A stretch of 64,000 nt of DNA, from contig NIVC01003016.1 in the NCBI GenBank assembly GCA_002269645.1, positions 61,201 through 125,200 on the forward strand. Direction: 5' to 3'. Position 1 is the stretch's first letter; each line of letters begins with the position of its first letter. Below the pieces are notes generated by a model that saw nothing but the letters and a program-made list of their open reading frames with translations, had not been told where the DNA came from and searched no databases. The position numbers and the translations under genes are program-made. Shown one piece after another: positions 49,051-64,000 of this stretch. The stretch is from Macrostomum lignano (lineage: Eukaryota).

Positions 49051-49640
49051 TTATTAGAGGCAGAGGGCTGTGTGCACCCTGGCGCACTTTAAGCGACATT
49101 GTCACACAACCGGCGAGAGGCATTGCTGCCGGCCATTCTGCCGACTCCCCTGAGCAGGCACACAAGCGCGCGGATACGTACGCAGTCATACGCACAGGCG
49201 CACACTCACACAGGAGTGTACAGCGGCCCTAACTATATTATCGTTAGGCATGTACACTTCACTGTGCCTTGGGGGTTGGCTCTCTAGGGTGTTAATTGCA
49301 CTAGCAGAGCCAAGCCGAGATTCCAATTTAGACCTAAATTAATGTGGGGAGGCATCACAACTCCGAAAAGCGCTTTCCATCATAAACCCGAAATATCATA
49401 AACCCGAAATATCATAGCTCCGAAATATCATAAAGCCGAAATATCATAAACCTGAAATATCACAAACCCGAAATATCATAACTCCGAAATTGATAGCAAC
49501 ACACATCATAAACCCGAAAAATCACAAACCCAAAATATCATATCTCCGAAAACAAAAATAGCATTGCCCATCATAAAGCCGAAATATCACAAACCCGAAA
49601 TATCATAGCTCCGAAAGTTCTAGCAATGTCCAACACTATT
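49051..49640 (-). mobile_element. SINE family 2 copy C (49051-49345), interrupted by a foldback MITE of the AAACCCGAAATATCAT family (49346-~49640)
   Basis: The SINE body matches 10208-10556 and 12576-13209; the insert begins GGGGAGGCATCACAACTCCGAAAAGCGC like the element at 12711. Confidence 0.8.
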
Positions 49641-50067
49641 TTGGTACATCAGGTACATCTGGTTTCATGTACCTGAAAAGTAAGGAAAATTTTTCAGTTT
49701 TCACATTTTTTGTCATGTCTTACCGATAGATTTTTTGCTAAATTTTTCTCACATGATAATTTCTAATTGTAATTTTTATCTTAGGATCGTGTGTTTATTT
49801 TAGATATTTTATGGATTTCTAATTCTGCTACTACTTACAATATAACGACCCTATTCTTTTAAATTATAATATAAAAATATAAAAATTATAACAGCTCTAC
49901 AATATCATATTTATAGACATGTACCTACTTCACTGCGATCCAAACCAAAGTTCAAAACTTGTTTTTTTAACTCTATTTCTGCTCATTTCAAAAAGTAATT
50001 TAATCTCCTTTTCATTTCTTTCTCCCTCTGTACATATAAAGAGAAGGATATATCTCTGATATATACA

Positions 50068-50960
50068 TGTTCCTCCACTCCCAGGTGGGTCTGTGTACTC
50101 CCATGTGATGTTCCTCCACTCCCAGGTGGGTCTGTGTACTCCCATGTGATGTTCCTCTACTCCCATGTGATGTTCCTCTACTCCCAGGTGATGTTCCTCC
50201 ACTCCCATGTGATGTTCCTCTACTCCCATGTGATGTTCCTCTACTCCCATGTGATGTTCCTCTACTCCCATGTGATGTTCCTCTACTCCCAGGTGATGTT
50301 CCTCTACTCCCATGTGATGTTCCTCTACTCCCAGGTGATGTTCCTCTACTCCCATGTGATGTTCCTCTACTCCCAGGTGATGTTCCTCTACTCCCATGTG
50401 ATGTTCCTCTACTCCCAGGTGATGTTCCTCTACTCCCATGTGATGTTCCTCTACTCCCATGTGATGTTCCTCCACTCCCATGTGATGTTCCTCTACTCCC
50501 AGGTGATGTTCCTCCACTCCCATGTGATGTTCCTCTACTCCCAGGTGGGTCTGTGTACTCCCAGGTGATGTTCCTCTACTCCCAGATGGGTCTGTACACT
50601 CCCAGGTGGGTCTGTGTACTCCCAGATGGGTTTGTGTACTCCCAAGTGACCTCCACACCCAGGTGGGTCTGTGTACTCCCAGATGGGTCTGTACACTCCT
50701 AGGTGGGTTTGTGTACTCCCAGGTGGGTCTGTGTACTCCCAGATGGGTCTGTATACTCCCAGGTGGGTCTGTGTACTCCCAGATGGGTCTGTGTACTCCC
50801 AGGTGGGTCTGTGTACTCCCAGATGGGTCTGTGTACTCCCAGGCGGGTCTGTGTACTCCCAGGTGGGTTTGTGTACTCCCAAGTGACCTCCACTCTCAGG
50901 TGGGTCTGTGTACTCCCAGATGAGTCTGTGTACTCCCAAGTGGGTCTGTGTACTCCCAGG
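50068..50960. repeat. Compound minisatellite (21-bp TACTCCCATGTGATGTTCCTC and 20-bp TACTCCCAGGTGGGTCTGTG units)
   Basis: Two related unit types in adjacent blocks. Confidence 0.94.
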
Positions 50961-51145
50961 TGGATCTGTTGGGTAGACGGCAGGGGTAACTGAAACTGTA
51001 ATATTAAGGCTAAATGCCTCGTCATCTATTTAGTTTTGCGTCTATGGGTGGGAATTTTTCGACTTTGGCTTGGCCCTTCGTTGCGCGTGTACGAGTGTGT
51101 CTGTAGCAATATTGGAGCATTTCATTTCCTGTAGCAACATTTCAG

Positions 51146-63062
<11,917 letters not shown>

Positions 63063-63111
63063 GTGATTGTGCCTAACTAGATACGAATTAATAATTATTA
63101 TTGATTACACA

Positions 63112-63345
63112 CTGCCCTAATGGCGCATCTGAAGGCTGTGTACGGCTGTTGAGTCCAAGGACTGGGGCGGGGGTCGCCACACACCCTCAATTACCCCCAG
63201 CTAATGCTGGCACCCATTTTACAGCTGGGTGAACTGAAGCAATGCGCCTTGCTCAAGGACACAAATTTTTCCGATAATGTCGATAATCGAACCCCCGACC
63301 TTTCGGTCGTGAGTCCGACGCTCTAACCACTAGGCTAAGATCCCT
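63112..63345 (-). mobile_element. tRNA-derived SINE family 1, well-preserved copy
   Basis: Minus strand TAGCCTAGTGGTTAGAGCGTCGGACTCACGACCGAAAGGTCGGGGGTTCGATT (A and B boxes), then a CORE-like TGTGTCCTTGAGCAAGG..CAGTTCACCCAGCTGTAAAATGGGT segment. Confidence 0.85.
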
Positions 63346-63429
63346 TATGGCAGGTGTCAGGCAAACTTTTTTACCTCAAGGGCCACATAGAGAGCCTGGC
63401 GCATGACTGCTGGCCGGAGGATGGGAAAG

Positions 63430-63925
63430 AAAGGGAAGGGAATAAAGAAGAGATGGGAGGAAAGAGAGGCGAGGGAATAAATAAAAAGAGAGGAGAGGAA
63501 AAGAAAGGAGAGGATAAAGAACAGAGGAGAGCAGAGAATAGAGAGAGAAGAGAAAAGGAGAGGAGAGGAGAGAGGAGGGAAGAGAAAGAGAAAAGAGGAG
63601 AGACGAGAGAAGAGAGGAGAAGAAAGGAGAGAAGAGAGACGGGAGGAGAGGAGAGAAGAGAGGAGAGACGGGAAGAGAGGAGAGAAGAATAAGAGAGGAG
63701 AGGAGAAGAGAAGAGAAGAGAAGAGAAGAGAAGAGAAGAGAGAGAGAGAGAAGAGAGAGGAGAGACGGGAGGAGAGGAGAGAAGAGAGGAGAGAAGAGAG
63801 GAGCGAAGAGAAGAGAAGAAGAGAAGAGAGAAGAGAAGAGAAGAGAGGAGAGGAAGAAGAGAAGAAGAAGAGAAGAGAGGAGAGAAGAGAAGAGAGAAGA
63901 GAGGAGAGAAGAGAAGAGATGAGAC
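63430..63925. repeat. GA-rich low-complexity / (GAGAA)n tract
   Basis: Almost pure purine strand. Confidence 0.95.
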
Positions 63926-64000
63926 TAGACTAGACTAGAGAGCTGAGGAAGAGACACAAACCTCGAGTGGGCCGGATTGCTTTTGTGAAGTTTGAATTTG

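Noticed and set aside
63285-63345. tRNA gene candidates (also at 25780-25838, 9641-9700, 13150-13209)
   Set aside because: The A/B boxes run into shared SINE bodies and no complete cloverleaf with an acceptor stem is evident.
63354-63692. Lys/Arg/Glu-rich 112-aa ORF
   Set aside because: Translation of GA-rich low-complexity intronic DNA.

Overview
Animal genomic DNA with spliceosomal introns and a minisatellite in most introns. The gene style, repeat load and apparent spliced-leader acceptors suggest a flatworm such as Macrostomum (inference, not confirmed). Nine protein-coding genes are supported: ADO(-), PPP1R37(+), two small secreted CUB-like paralogs(+), a CREB3-family bZIP(-), SPCS1(-), DCAKD(+), a divergent BIR+RING IAP-like gene(+) and TAF1B(+, running off the window). 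A TAF1B intron holds an 8-kb Penelope-like retroelement flanked by (GATA)n, with a hammerhead ribozyme motif in each terminal repeat and an SGNH-like domain. An internally deleted R1/LOA-type LINE with an exact 13-bp TSD is nested inside it. Two tRNA-derived SINE families, several MITEs and many tandem arrays are present, including one with a 1564-bp higher-order period. Two signals stand out. (1) Multi-kb blocks between divergent gene pairs show C:G>T:A hypermutation at CpG and also CpA/TpG, visible by comparing repeat copies inside and outside the blocks. (2) Three conserved genes lack their initiator ATG and begin in phase 0 at a splice acceptor, as expected if a trans-spliced leader ending in AUG supplies the start codon. 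Exon boundaries, counts and alignments were done by eye.
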